Source: Nitrospirota bacterium (lineage in GTDB: Bacteria > Nitrospirota > UBA9217). From it: a stretch of DNA of 64,000 nt. Location of the stretch: contig CAVUCU010000001.1 in NCBI GenBank assembly GCA_963740085.1, positions 736,001 to 800,000 of the forward strand, in the 5' to 3' direction. The stretch's first letter is position 1. Each line of letters opens with the position of its first letter. Under the pieces are notes generated by a model. The model was not told the origin of the DNA, did not search any database, and saw only the letters and a list, made by a program, of their open reading frames with translations. The translations under genes were made by a program, and so were the position numbers. Shown piece after piece: positions 30,887-42,239 of the stretch.

Positions 30887-33508
30887 ATGATCACTATCTA
30901 TATCGACAACAAACCATACCAGGTAAAGCCTGACCAGAACCTCCTCCAGGCCTGTCTGACCCTCGGTTTCGACCTCCCCTACTTCTGCTGGCACCCGGCC
31001 ATGCATGCCGTGGGCGCCTGTCGCCAGTGCGCGGTGAAGTCGTTCAAGGACGAGAAGGACACTCACGGCAGGATCGTCATGTCCTGCATGACGCCTCTGA
31101 CCGAGGGCATGCGGATCTCCGTGGACGATCCCGAAGCGAAAGCCTTCCGTTCGAGCATCACCGAATTCCTGATGGTGAACCATCCCCACGACTGCCCGGT
31201 CTGCGACGAAGGCGGGGAATGCCACCTCCAGGATATGACGGTCATGACCGGCCACACCTATCGCCACACACGGTTCAAGAAGCGCACGCACAGGAACCAG
31301 GACCTCGGCCCTTTCATCAACCACGAGATGAACCGCTGCATCGCCTGCTATCGCTGCGTCCGCTTCTACCGGGACTATGCGGGCGGACGGGACCTGAATG
31401 TGTTCGCGTCGCATGACCACGTGTACTTCGGCCGCCACGAGGACGGCGTGCTCGAAAGCGAATTCAGCGGCAACCTCGTCGAGATATGCCCCACCGGGGT
31501 GTTCACGGACAAGACGTTTAAAAAACATTACACCCGCAAATGGGACCTCCAGACCGCGCCATCGATCTGCGTGCACTGCGGCCTTGGCTGCAACACCATC
31601 GCGGGAGAACGGTACGGCACGCTTCGCCGGATATTGAATCGCTACAACCACGAAGTGAACGGCTACTTCCTCTGCGACCGGGGGCGTTTCGGATATGAAT
31701 TCGTGAACAGCGACAAAAGGATCAGGCAGCCACTGATGAAGGTACCCTCGCCCCTTGAAGAAGAGGGCAGGGTGGACGGGGGGCTGGAACCGACCGGCAA
31801 GGCGCTTGTGCTGCAACGCATTATCGACATTCTCTCCAAGAGCAAAAACATCATCGGCATCGGCTCCCCCCGCGCAACGGTGGAATCGAACTTCGCGCTC
31901 CGCGCGCTCGTCGGACCTGACAACTTCTATTCGGGAATGTCGGAACAGGAGCATATACTTGTCCCCCTCATCATAGACATTCTTCAGAAAGGCCCTGCAA
32001 GCACTCCGTCACTTCACGATGTTGAAATGTCTGACGCGGTCCTTGTGCTCGGCGAAGACGTCTCAAACACCGCTCCCCTGCTTGACCTCGCGATCCGGCA
32101 GGCGGTGAGAAACAAACCCAAAGAAAAGATAGCGGGAATGCGCATTCCTGAGTGGGACGCCAATGCCGTTCGCAATGCAATTCAGGAGGAGACCGGGCCG
32201 CTCTATCTCGCTCACATCACGAGCACCAGGCTCGATGCTCTCGCGACGGGAACGTTTCATTCTGCCCCTGATGATTTGGCCAGACTCGGCTTCGCGATCG
32301 CCCATGAACTGGATCCTGATGCCCCGTCCGTATCGGATCTTCGCGACGCGATCCGCGAACAGGCACAAATAATCGCCCAGGCGCTCAGGACCGCCAAGCG
32401 TCCGCTCATCCTCTCCGGCACAAGCCTCGGAAACGGATCGGTCATCCAGGCCGCGGCGAACATCGCGTGGGCGCTTTGCGCGAGCGCGAAACCTGCGGAG
32501 CTCTGTTATGTTGTTCCTGAATGCAACAGTATTGGCGCAGGCTTGATGGGTGGAAAGAATTTGAATGAATTCTTTAACGTTCCCGCTCACCCGGCAGGTA
32601 AAAGAGGAACCAAGGCCGACACCATCATCATCCTTGAAAATGACCTCTACCGAAGGGATGAGGCGAAAATCGTTGATGACTTGCTGGACCGTGCGAAGAA
32701 CGTCATTGTCATTGACCATCTCATCAATCCCACATCATCGAGAGCGGATATAGCACTTTCCGCCGCTACGTTTGCCGAATCCACAGGTACACTCATAAAC
32801 AATGAAGGCCGCGCACAACGATTTTATCAGGTCTTCGTGCCGCAGGGTGATATTCAGGAAAGCTGGAAATGGATCAATGATATAATGAAAGCGCTCGGGA
32901 AGTCGAGAGTAGATAGATGGCAATCACTTGACAACCTGATAAACGACATGGTCTCAGCTGTGCCGATATTCTCCCCGGTCAAGTACTGCGCGCCAACCGC
33001 TGATTTTAGAATAACCGGCCAAAAGATCCCTCGTCAGCCGCATCGATACAGCGGCCGCACGGCCATGCTCGCGAATGTAAGCTTGCATGAACCCAAACCG
33101 CCTTCTGACATTGATTCTCCTCTCTCCTTTTCCATGGAGGGATACCAGGACGAGCCGCCTGCGCCGTTGATCTCACGCTACTGGTCTCCAGGATGGAATT
33201 CCGTCCAGGCGCTGAACAAGTTCCAGCAGGAAGTCGGCGGGCCTCTCAAGGGTGGAGATCCTGGAAAAAGACTGATCGAGCCATGCGCCTTTCCATTAAA
33301 ACCCCCTCTACCCTCCGGGGAGAGGGCGGGAGCGGCGGGCATGATCACCTATTTCCAGAATATACCCGGGGCCGTTAAACCCAGAGACAACGGACAACTG
33401 TCTATGCCTCTCTACCACTGCTTCGGCTCGGAAGAATTGAGTGGTTATTCGCCGCCGATCGTAGAAAGGGCAACGTTAATCAATTCAGCGAAGCGAGAGA
33501 AACAATGA
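30887..33508 (+). CDS. nuoG: NADH-quinone oxidoreductase subunit G
   Basis: [39 protein letters not shown] and CVHCGLGC (N7 site). Confidence 0.95.
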   Translation: MITIYIDNKPYQVKPDQNLLQACLTLGFDLPYFCWHPAMHAVGACRQCAVKSFKDEKDTHGRIVMSCMTPLTEGMRISVDDPEAKAFRSSITEFLMVNHPHDCPVCDEGGECHLQDMTVMTGHTYRHTRFKKRTHRNQDLGPFINHEMNRCIACYRCVRFYRDYAGGRDLNVFASHDHVYFGRHEDGVLESEFSGNLVEICPTGVFTDKTFKKHYTRKWDLQTAPSICVHCGLGCNTIAGERYGTLRRILNRYNHEVNGYFLCDRGRFGYEFVNSDKRIRQPLMKVPSPLEEEGRVDGGLEPTGKALVLQRIIDILSKSKNIIGIGSPRATVESNFALRALVGPDNFYSGMSEQEHILVPLIIDILQKGPASTPSLHDVEMSDAVLVLGEDVSNTAPLLDLAIRQAVRNKPKEKIAGMRIPEWDANAVRNAIQEETGPLYLAHITSTRLDALATGTFHSAPDDLARLGFAIAHELDPDAPSVSDLRDAIREQAQIIAQALRTAKRPLILSGTSLGNGSVIQAAANIAWALCASAKPAELCYVVPECNSIGAGLMGGKNLNEFFNVPAHPAGKRGTKADTIIILENDLYRRDEAKIVDDLLDRAKNVIVIDHLINPTSSRADIALSAATFAESTGTLINNEGRAQRFYQVFVPQGDIQESWKWINDIMKALGKSRVDRWQSLDNLINDMVSAVPIFSPVKYCAPTADFRITGQKIPRQPHRYSGRTAMLANVSLHEPKPPSDIDSPLSFSMEGYQDEPPAPLISRYWSPGWNSVQALNKFQQEVGGPLKGGDPGKRLIEPCAFPLKPPLPSGERAGAAGMITYFQNIPGAVKPRDNGQLSMPLYHCFGSEELSGYSPPIVERATLINSAKREKQ

Positions 33509-34461
33509 CCGATACTCTCCGACATGTCATAACGCTCTTCGGCATCCTCTTTGCGGTGCTGACGGTAGGCGCGAACCTCATCTGGCTCGAGCGGCGGCTG
33601 TTGGCGTTGTGGCAGGACCGGTACGGCCCGAACCGCGTGGGACCGTTCGGCCTGCTGCAGGTGGTGGCGGACTCGATCAAGATGTTCGCCAAGGAAGACT
33701 GGATACCGCCCTTCGCGGACAAGGCCGTGTTCATCATCGCGCCCGCGGTGATCATGGTGGTCGTGCTCATGTCCTTCACGGTCATCCCCTTCGCGCCGGG
33801 TATCGAGGTCGTCGACCTGAACATCGGTCTGCTCTTCTTTCTCGCCATGTCGTCCATGGGTGTATACAGCGTGGCGCTGGCTGGCTGGGCATCGAACAGT
33901 AAATATTCTCTCCTGGGCGGACTGCGCTCGATCGCGCAAATGCTGAGCTACGAGGTCTTCATGGGCCTTTCCCTCATGGGAGTGGTGATGCTCGCGGGAT
34001 CGTTCAATCTGCGCGAGATCGTGGCGGCTCAGCGCGATGGGTGGTTCATCCTGCCGCAGTTCATCGGTTTCGTCGTCTTCTTCATCGCAGGCATTGCAGA
34101 GACGCACCGCCTGCCCTTTGACCTTCCCGAGGCCGAGAGCGAACTGGTGGCGGGGTTCCATTCGGAATACTCGGGAATGAAGTTCGGCATGTTCTTCGTG
34201 GGTGAATATCTCGCGATCACGCTCATCTCCGCGCTCACGGTGACGCTGTTCTTTGGAGGATGGATGGGGCCGCTGCTGCCGCCCGTGGCCTGGTTCTTGA
34301 TCAAGACGTTCGTGTTCATCTGTTTCTTCATCCTCCTTCGGGCATCGCTGCCCAGGCCGCGGTATGATCAGCTGATGTCGTTCGGGTGGAAGGTAATGCT
34401 GCCGCTGTCGCTGGTGAACCTGGTGGTGACGGGGGCGGTTATTTTGCTCAGAAAACCTTAG
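33505..34461 (+). CDS. nuoH: NADH-quinone oxidoreductase subunit H
   Basis: [31 protein letters not shown] and PRPRYDQLM. Confidence 0.96.
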   Translation: MTDTLRHVITLFGILFAVLTVGANLIWLERRLLALWQDRYGPNRVGPFGLLQVVADSIKMFAKEDWIPPFADKAVFIIAPAVIMVVVLMSFTVIPFAPGIEVVDLNIGLLFFLAMSSMGVYSVALAGWASNSKYSLLGGLRSIAQMLSYEVFMGLSLMGVVMLAGSFNLREIVAAQRDGWFILPQFIGFVVFFIAGIAETHRLPFDLPEAESELVAGFHSEYSGMKFGMFFVGEYLAITLISALTVTLFFGGWMGPLLPPVAWFLIKTFVFICFFILLRASLPRPRYDQLMSFGWKVMLPLSLVNLVVTGAVILLRKP

Positions 34462-34575
34462 ACACTGATAAAGGCGGATAAATAACGGAAGAGGCGGGAT
34501 AATATCGACACCTTGATATTAAATCCAAGGCCGCATCCGATTTTATCATAGGCTTCTATCCGCTTCTTCCGTGTC
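34461..34575. repeat. GACAC...GTGTC hairpin element (empty copy)
   Basis: GACACTGATAAAGGCGGAT ... ATCATAGGCTTCTATCCGCTTCTTCCGTGTC. Begins on the last base of the nuoH TAG. Confidence 0.75.
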
Positions 34576-34590
34576 AAAGAATTTGATTCT

Positions 34591-35106
34591 ATGATCAGTA
34601 TCCTCAAAACGATCTATACGGTCTTCATGACCATGTTCCGGAAGCGGGCGACGATCCAGTATCCTGAGGAGCGGCCCTCGATTCCTCCCCGGTGGCGCGG
34701 CCGGATCATTCTTTCCCGAGATCCCGATGGACAGGAACGGTGCGTTGCGTGCTACCTCTGCGCAGCAGCATGCCCGGTGGACTGTATCGCACTCCAGGCT
34801 ACGGAGGATGAGCACGGACGACGCTACCCGGAGTTCTTCAGGATCAATTTCTCGCGCTGCATCTTCTGCGGCTTTTGCGAGGAGGCGTGCCCCACCTATG
34901 CGATCCAGCTCACACCGGATTTTGAGATGGGGGAATATGTGCGGCAGAACCTTGTATACGAAAAAGAGGACCTCCTCATCAGCGGACCGGGCAAGTATCC
35001 TGATTACAACTTCTACCGGGTCGCCGGGCTGTCGATCAAAGGAAAGGACAAGGGCGAAGCGGAGAACGAAGAACAACCGGTAGATGTAAAAAGTCTGCTG
35101 CCGTAA
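34591..35106 (+). CDS. nuoI: NADH-quinone oxidoreductase subunit I
   Basis: [12 protein letters not shown] and [12 protein letters not shown]. Confidence 0.96.
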   Translation: MISILKTIYTVFMTMFRKRATIQYPEERPSIPPRWRGRIILSRDPDGQERCVACYLCAAACPVDCIALQATEDEHGRRYPEFFRINFSRCIFCGFCEEACPTYAIQLTPDFEMGEYVRQNLVYEKEDLLISGPGKYPDYNFYRVAGLSIKGKDKGEAENEEQPVDVKSLLP

Positions 35107-35111
35107 GGGGA

Positions 35112-35205
35112 GACCGAAGGTGCGGATGAAAACCGGATAACGGCGGATTTAAAACCGGGATTAATCATGCCTCTTCATAGATTCTAATCGTGCCTCTTCC
35201 GTGTC
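35112..35205. repeat. degenerate ...GTGTC hairpin element
   Basis: GCGGAT/CCGGAT/GCGGAT left sub-repeats. Right end CCTCTTCCGTGTCAAGGA, as in the other nuo-junction copies. Confidence 0.6.
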
Positions 35206-35223
35206 AAGGATTTATTGATCACT

Positions 35224-35718
35224 ATGAATCTATTATTTTATATATCTGCTCTTATCGCCGTCTTCTCGACCTTCATGGTCATCACCAGGACGAACACGGT
35301 GCATGCCTTATTGTACCTCATCGTTTCGCTTCTGGCAGTTGCAATGATCTTTTTTGTCCTCGGCGCTCCATTTGTTGCGGCCCTTGAGGTCATCATCTAT
35401 GCCGGCGCGATCATGGTGCTGTTTATCTTTGTGATCATGATGCTGAATCTGGGCGGAGCACATGCAAAAGAGGAGGCGCAGCTTCTCTCCCCGGGTATCT
35501 GGAGAGGGCCTGCGATCCTGTGTGTATTCCTTGCAGCGGAGTTGATCTCTCTGTTCACCATGGAACGGGCAAGGATCTCCGCCGTTGTGGAGATAGCACC
35601 CAAGCAGGTGGGCATTGCGCTGCTCGGCCCCTATGTGCTGGGTGTGGAGCTGGCGTCCATGCTGCTCCTGGCGGGACTGGTCGGGGCATATCATCTCGGC
35701 AGGCCGCATAAGCATTGA
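35224..35718 (+). CDS. nuoJ: NADH-quinone oxidoreductase subunit J
   Basis: EVIIYAGAIMVLFIFVIMML and ELASMLLL. Confidence 0.94.
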   Translation: MNLLFYISALIAVFSTFMVITRTNTVHALLYLIVSLLAVAMIFFVLGAPFVAALEVIIYAGAIMVLFIFVIMMLNLGGAHAKEEAQLLSPGIWRGPAILCVFLAAELISLFTMERARISAVVEIAPKQVGIALLGPYVLGVELASMLLLAGLVGAYHLGRPHKH

Positions 35719-35879
35719 TTGGTGCGGACGAGGGAGGCAGGACGAGAGATCCATGATATAGGAAATAAGGTCTTTTGCGTCCATCGTCCCAGTGAGCGAA
35801 GCGAGCGGTCGTCTATCGTCCGTCATTCAGCTCGTGCGAACGATGTCTCTCGTCCTTCGGTATTATTTAAGGGGTACCA

Positions 35880-36191
35880 ATGATCCAGAACATTCCCATG
35901 GAGCACGGTCTTATTCTTGCCGCCGTCCTGTTCGTTCTCGGACTCATCGGGGTACTGGCGCGCAGAAATATCGTGTTCATGCTCATGTCCGTTGAGATCA
36001 TGCTGAACGCAGTGGGCCTTGCCTTTGTGGTCGCCGGCGCTCGCTGGAACCAGGTCGACGGACAGGTCATGTTCATTTTTATTCTTACCATGGCAGCAGC
36101 GGAAGTTTCCGTCGGTCTTGCTCTGGTACTTCAGCTCTATCATAGCTTCAAGACGCTGGATACTGATGTTGTAAGCAGGATGAAAGGATAG
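35880..36191 (+). CDS. nuoK: NADH-quinone oxidoreductase subunit K
   Basis: RRN, EIMLNA and [11 protein letters not shown]. Confidence 0.95.
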   Translation: MIQNIPMEHGLILAAVLFVLGLIGVLARRNIVFMLMSVEIMLNAVGLAFVVAGARWNQVDGQVMFIFILTMAAAEVSVGLALVLQLYHSFKTLDTDVVSRMKG

Positions 36192-36237
36192 CGGTTTTTT
36201 CGTTTATCTTTCAGCGCCGCACTTTGAGATCAAAACT

Positions 36238-38130
36238 ATGAACGATTTTATTTACTTGATACCCGCCCTGCCTCTTGCCGGAGCCCTTGTCCTGGCGCTG
36301 GTGGGCCGCCGGCTTTCGAAGAGAACCATTGCCTTCGTTGGCGCCGGCTCAGTGGGCATCTCTGCGCTCCTGTCTGTCGTAATGGCGATCGAGTTCATGG
36401 GCAGTCCGCCGGAGGGCCGCGCTCTTACCCAGAAGCTCTGGACCTGGATGCAGTTCGGCAGCTATGCACAAGCGATCTCATTCTCTCTTGACCCTCTCTC
36501 GCTTATCATGATATTGATCGTCACCATTGTGGGTTTTTTCATTCACCTCTATTCAACGGAATACATGACCGACGACGAGGGCTACAGCCGCTTCTTCGCA
36601 TATATGAACCTCTTCGTTGGTTCGATGCTTATCCTCGTTCTTGCCGACAACCTGTTGCTCCTGTACCTCGGATGGGAAGGTGTCGGTCTTTGCAGCTACC
36701 TCCTGATCGGGTTCTGGTATACAAACCCTGCAAACGGCCGCGCTGCGCGCAAAGCCTTCATCGTGACGCGCGTCGGCGATACCGCCATGGCCCTTGGCCT
36801 TTTCCTCCTGTTCACGAACCTCGGCACGCTGAATATTCAGGAGCTGATGACCCTCGCCCCGAAACAATGGCCTGTTGGTTCTGAAACCGCGGTCCTCGCA
36901 GCAGCCCTTCTGCTCGGCGGCGCTCTCGGAAAATCCGCCCAGCTTCCCTTCCAGGTATGGCTGCCCGATGCCATGGCCGGCCCGACACCGGTCAGCGCCC
37001 TGATCCACGCCGCGACCATGGTCACCGCAGGCGTCTATCTCATTGCACGAACCCATGTCCTGTTCGAGCTTGCTCCCGCTGTACAGTCAGCGGTGGCAAT
37101 AATCGGAGCGGCCACGCTTCTGATCGCAGGATTCAGCGCCATCGCACAAAAAGACATCAAGCGCGTTCTCGCCTACTCGACAATCAGCCAGCTCGGATAC
37201 ATGTTCCTGGCCCTCGGCGTGGGCGCCTGGTCCGCTGCCATCTTTCACCTGATGACTCATGCGTTCTTCAAGGCGCTCCTGTTCCTCGGCGCTGGCGTGG
37301 TGATCCTTGCCCAGCACCACGAACAGGACATGTTCAGGATGGGCGGCCTGAAAGACAAACTTCCCGTCACTTTCTGGACATTCCTTATCGGCTCGGCTTC
37401 GTTGTCCGCCCTGCCGCTCGTGACCGCCGGCTTCTATAGCAAGGACCTGATCCTGTGGAAGGCATGGTCATCCGGATCCGGAGGCGCCGTTTTGTGGGCC
37501 GCCGGGCTCTTTGGCGCATTAATCACCTCGATCTACACGTTCCGCATGGTCTTCCTCACCTTCTTTGGCGAATCAAAAACACCGGTAAGCCGCAAGCCGG
37601 GGGCAAGGATGCTCACGCCGCTCATCGTCCTTGCCGTGCTCTCGATCGTCGGCGGGTTTGTAAATCCGCCGGAAACGCTTGGGAGTAAACCCTGGTTCTC
37701 CGACTTCCTGCAAAAAGTGTTGAATGAAACCAGGCCTGGGTCTGTCGGCTCTGAAGGCATGCTCCAGTACATCGCGTCGTTAGTTTCAATTGCAGGTATT
37801 TTCATCGCCTGGCTGTTCTTCGTTGGCCATCCGCCCTACGCTGACCTGATAGGTCATGGACGGGTATTCGAATCGATCAGAAAGTTCTGGCTTGCCGGAT
37901 GGGACTTCGATGCGATGTACGATCGCCTTTTTGTCCGGCCATTTGTGCGTCTCGCAGAGATCAATAAGCGTGATTTTATCGATTCAGGATATACCGCCAT
38001 TGCTTCCATCAATCGCCTGCTGAGCGCCATGTTGGGTAAGACCCAGACCGGCAACATCCGGTGGTATGCGATGGGGATGGTCGTGGGTGCGGTTGTTTTT
38101 TTGGGGATAGTGATGCTATTAGCACCTTAA
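36238..38130 (+). CDS. nuoL: NADH-quinone oxidoreductase subunit L
   Basis: WEGVGLCSYLLIGFW, WLPDAMAGPTPVSALIHAATMV and HAFFKALLFL. Confidence 0.96.
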   Translation: MNDFIYLIPALPLAGALVLALVGRRLSKRTIAFVGAGSVGISALLSVVMAIEFMGSPPEGRALTQKLWTWMQFGSYAQAISFSLDPLSLIMILIVTIVGFFIHLYSTEYMTDDEGYSRFFAYMNLFVGSMLILVLADNLLLLYLGWEGVGLCSYLLIGFWYTNPANGRAARKAFIVTRVGDTAMALGLFLLFTNLGTLNIQELMTLAPKQWPVGSETAVLAAALLLGGALGKSAQLPFQVWLPDAMAGPTPVSALIHAATMVTAGVYLIARTHVLFELAPAVQSAVAIIGAATLLIAGFSAIAQKDIKRVLAYSTISQLGYMFLALGVGAWSAAIFHLMTHAFFKALLFLGAGVVILAQHHEQDMFRMGGLKDKLPVTFWTFLIGSASLSALPLVTAGFYSKDLILWKAWSSGSGGAVLWAAGLFGALITSIYTFRMVFLTFFGESKTPVSRKPGARMLTPLIVLAVLSIVGGFVNPPETLGSKPWFSDFLQKVLNETRPGSVGSEGMLQYIASLVSIAGIFIAWLFFVGHPPYADLIGHGRVFESIRKFWLAGWDFDAMYDRLFVRPFVRLAEINKRDFIDSGYTAIASINRLLSAMLGKTQTGNIRWYAMGMVVGAVVFLGIVMLLAP

Positions 38131-38139
38131 CAAATCTTT

Positions 38140-38206
38140 ACCGCCAGGACGCAAAGGTCGCGAAGGAATGCTTAAATAAACCTCGCGCTCTTCGCGCCTT
38201 CGCGGT
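38140..38206. repeat. CRCNRAK-subrepeat hairpin element (CGCAAAG/CGCGAAG class)
   Basis: ACCGCCAGGACGCAAAGGTCGCGAAGG ... CCTCGCGCTCTTCGCGCCTTCGCGGT. Confidence 0.75.
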
Positions 38207-38239
38207 TCAGGTAGTTCTGGTATAAGAAGGAACTTGTTT

Positions 38240-39752
38240 ATGCTCCTCATCTTGCTCATCATCATACCGCTGATCGGCGGACTGGTCGCCTGGATTTTCG
38301 GAAAACGGAACAGCGCTCTGTCCCGGTGGATATCCCTCGTCGCGCTCGTTATCGACGCCGTCGTGCTGATATCGTTCTGGTCTAACTCCGCAATCCATCT
38401 CGACCTCAGCCGCGGCGCGTGGCTGCTCGAAGTAAACGAACCGTGGATCCCCCAACTCGGGATCGGTCTTCACCTTGCGATGGACGGGCTAAGCCTCGTG
38501 CTCGTCGCGCTCACGGTATTCCTCGGCATCGTTTCCGTACTCTGCTCATGGACAGAGGTCCGCAGTCGCATCGGGTTCTTCCACATGAACCTGCTCTGGA
38601 TCCTCTCGGGGATCCTCGGCGTGTTCTTGTCCCTGGACCTGTTCCTTTTCTACTTCTTCTGGGAACTGATGCTCATCCCCATGTATTTTCTGATCAACAT
38701 CTGGGGGCACGAGCAACCGCGTTTACGCGTCGCTCAAGTTCATGATCTTCACCCAGGCCGGCGGCCTGCTGATGTTCCTTTCCATTCTCAGCCTCTATTT
38801 TATCCACGGCAGGGCAACCGGCATTTATACATTCGATTACCCGCTGCTTCTTGGCACCGCCATGTCTTCCCGGGCAGCGTTCTGGATCATGCTCGGATTT
38901 GTCATCGCCTTTATTGTAAAGCTGCCGGTCGTCCCGTTCCATCCCTGGCTGGCGGATGCCCACACCGAGGCGCCGACCGCCGGAAGCGTGGTCCTTGCCG
39001 GGCTCCTGCTTAAGACCGGGGCCTACGGACTTCTGCGCTTCGTGCTTCCGCTCTTTCCCGATGCCGTTGCAACCATCGGGCAGGTCATGCTGGTCCTGGG
39101 CGTCATCGGCATCATCTATGGCGCTGTGCTCGCCTTTGGCCAAACCGATCTGAAGCGGCTCGTTGCGTATACCAGCGTAAGTCATATGGGCTTCGTGCTC
39201 ATCGGCATCTTCGCCGGGAGCCAGATAGCCCTCTCCGGGGCGATCGTGCAGATGGTTGCCCACGGCATCAGCACGGGCGCGCTGTTCATCATCGTCGGCA
39301 TGATCCAGGATCGCGTTCATACCCGCGAGATAGGCAGCATGGGCGGGTTCTGGTCAGCAGCGCCGCGACTGAGCGGTGTGGGCCTCGTCTTTGCCCTGGC
39401 CTCGCTCGGCCTGCCTGGTTTCGGCAATTTCGTTGCCGAGTTCATGGTGCTGCTCGGATCATACCGAATGCACCCGGTGATCGCCGCGCTCGCTGCGAGC
39501 GGTCTTGTCCTGTCTGCGATCTACTCGCTCTGGATCGTCCAGAACGTGTTCCACGGCAGGAAGCAGGAAGGTCTGAAGCTGGCTGACCTTTCTTCACGCG
39601 AGACCGGCATGATGGCGGTGATGGTCCTCGCGATACTCTGGCTTGGCCTCTATCCGCGTCCTGTTCTGGATACAGTCGAACCGTTCGTGAACAGTATTCA
39701 ACAGTGTACTTCGCAAGATGGAGCGACATCGGGCCGGGGAGGCGAAAAATGA
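38240..39752 (+). CDS. nuoM: NADH-quinone oxidoreductase subunit M; frameshift near 38715
   Basis: LFYFFWELMLIPMYFLI in 38234..39013. PFHPWLADAHTEAPTAGS and GLPGFGNFVAEF in 38742..39752. Confidence 0.9.
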
Positions 39753-41194
39753 ATATCACAGACCTGACCGCCCTTGCGCCATTCATCATTATGGCGACTA
39801 CCGCAGTCGTGGTCATGCTGGCCATCGCCTTTTACCGGAACCACAAGCTCACCGTCATCCTCACGTTATCGGGATTAGTCCTCTCAGCGGCAAGCTTGTC
39901 CTCTATAGCATGCCTGGTCCCTCGCATGGTGACACCGCTTCTCATCATCGACCGACTACGCCCTTTTTTATATCGGTCTTATCATGGCGGCAGGCTTCTT
40001 CGTGGCCGCGCTTGCTTACTCCTATCTGGAGGAACATGTAGGCCATAAAGAGGAATTTTATCTCCTGCTGATCATCGCCACGCTCGGCTGCTCCGTGCTC
40101 GCCGCGGCAGATCATTTTGCCTCCTTCTTCCTCGGCATCGAACTGTTGAGCGTGTCACTCTACGCCCTTGCGGCCTATCTCAGGCACAGCGACCGTGGCA
40201 TCGAGGCCGGCATCAAGTATCTTATCCTGGCTGCGGTCTCGTCAGCATTCATCCTGTTCGGCATGGCGCTTGTATATGCCGAGACCGGCAGCATGGCATT
40301 CAGCAGGATCGCTGAATTCGCGAGCAGGCTCACGCGGACTGATTTTTCTTTCCGGCATCGTCATGATCCTCGTCGGAGTGGGGTTCAAGCTCGCCGTGGT
40401 CCCCTTTCATCTATGGACGCCCGATGTGTACGAAGGCGCGCCTGCCCCGGTAACGGCATTCATCGCCACGGCGTCCAAAGGCGCGGTATTCGCGCTCGTG
40501 CTTCGTTACTTCACGCTGATCGATATCCACGCTCATCCTTCCCTGTTTGCGATATTCACGATCATTGCCGTCGCATCCATGTTCACCGGCAATCTCCTCG
40601 CTCTGTTCCAGACAAATGTGAAACGTATCCTTGCGTACTCATCGATCTCTCATCTGGGCTATCTGCTCGTAACAATGCTGGCGAGCGGCCCCCTCGGACC
40701 AACTGCGGCTGCGTTTTATCTGACGGCGTATTTCATTACAACGCTCGGCGCCTTCGGCGTGGTGACCGTTCTTTCTGAACAGGACCGCGATGCCGACCGC
40801 ATGAATGATTATCAGGGGCTTGCATGGAGAAGACCATGGCTTGCAGGTGTCTTTACCCTCATGTTGTTCTCGCTTGCGGGCATCCCCTTGACAGCCGGGT
40901 TTGTGGGGAAATTTTACATCATCGCGGCAGGCGTGGGTTCGTCCCTCTGGCTTGTGATCATCATCATGGTCATCAACAGCGTCATCGGGCTCTTTTACTA
41001 TCTGCGGATCATCGTTGCGATGTTCTCCCACTCGGAGAAATGAAGATACAATACCTGTCAGGCATTCACGTTCCGGCAACGTGGTCCTCGCCGTGCTCGC
41101 TATCCTGCTCATCTGGCTTGGCGTGTATCCGGGGCCAGTGATCGACATGATCAGGAGAGGCAATGATTCATTAGACGAGATGAACAGTCTGTAA
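39749..41194 (+). CDS. nuoN: NADH-quinone oxidoreductase subunit N; frameshifts near 39955, 40330 and 41040
   Basis: [23 protein letters not shown] and [15 protein letters not shown]. The last TM helix ..IWLGVYPGP.. ends at TAA 41192-41194. Confidence 0.88.
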
Positions 41195-41302
41195 TTCACG
41201 TAAAGCATCGCGAAACCCGACGCATTGAGGACTGTATATTTGATAAAAGTCGGGTTTCACTGAGCTCAACCCAACCTGCCACTCTATAAAAAAGGAAATG
41301 TC

Positions 41303-41878
41303 GTGAAGGCCACCTTGAAACCCGGGATCGAGTATGAGCATAAGTTTATTGTTTCTCGGACAAAAACGGTGCCGGCGCTTTATCCTGAATCAGAAGAATT
41401 TCTGGCAATGCCTATAGTCTTTGCTACCGGGTATATGGTAGGTTTAGTGGAATGGGCTTGTATTCGCGCTATAAATAGACATTTAGATTGGCCGGAAGAA
41501 CAGACGGTAGGAACGCATATTGACATAAGTCATATCGCAGCAACGCCGCCTGGTATGGAGGTAACCGTTAAAGTGAAATTGATTTCGGTTGATGGTCGAA
41601 AACTGATTTTTGAAGTAGAAGCACATGATGAATTGGATCTTATATCAAAAGGGCGGCATGAACGATTTGTTATAAATAAGGCAAAGTTTGATGCAAAGAT
41701 GAAAGAGAAGGCGCAACGATATCAGCACCTAGCCAGGCAAAGCGACCGTACGTTTGTGCCGGCATGTGATTTCGACGCTAGCCGAATAAGGAGAACTGCA
41801 AATGGCAAAAATTGGCATTTTGACTTGCTCAAATGCTACTCTGGATCTCGGATGCTCATCGGTGAGCTGCCTCTCTGA
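41303..41878 (+). CDS. hotdog-fold thioesterase (fluoroacetyl-CoA thioesterase FlK-like)
   Basis: VFATGYMVGLVEWAC, TVGTHIDISHIAATPPG and GRHERFVI. The last ~50 aa are a non-homologous-looking tail overlapping the next gene. Confidence 0.82.
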   Translation: MKATLKPGIEYEHKFIVSRTKTVPALYPESEEFLAMPIVFATGYMVGLVEWACIRAINRHLDWPEEQTVGTHIDISHIAATPPGMEVTVKVKLISVDGRKLIFEVEAHDELDLISKGRHERFVINKAKFDAKMKEKAQRYQHLARQSDRTFVPACDFDASRIRRTANGKNWHFDLLKCYSGSRMLIGELPL

Positions 41879-42239
41879 TTTTCGAAAGCGAAAAGGAACA
41901 TTCGCCGAATATCCTGAGAATGAAAAGCTCACTTTAGCCGGTATCATCAATTGTCCCGGCTGCCCGACGCTTACCGGCCCGGACAAGTTGATCGAAAGAA
42001 TCCGCGCGTTGACTGCTTTTGGGGTTGATACGATTCATTTTTCTTATTGCGCGAAAGCGCTTTGTCCGTTCAAGGATAAATACAAGAATGCGCTAGAAGA
42101 ATCATTTCCAAATATCAGGATCGTGATCGGAACACACGAAGAACACGTTACACCGGAAGAGTTTCGCCGACGAGTTAAGAAGCTATTCCGCCAACCGCGG
42201 AAAACCATGGTTGATATTATTTTGAACAAGGACGAATAG
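41802..42239 (+). CDS. CGGC-domain (Cys-rich metal-binding) protein
   Basis: KIGILTC...GCSSVSC...GIINCPGCP...YC...CPF...GTH. AGGAGA RBS. Confidence 0.8.
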   Translation: MAKIGILTCSNATLDLGCSSVSCLSDFRKRKGTFAEYPENEKLTLAGIINCPGCPTLTGPDKLIERIRALTAFGVDTIHFSYCAKALCPFKDKYKNALEESFPNIRIVIGTHEEHVTPEEFRRRVKKLFRQPRKTMVDIILNKDE

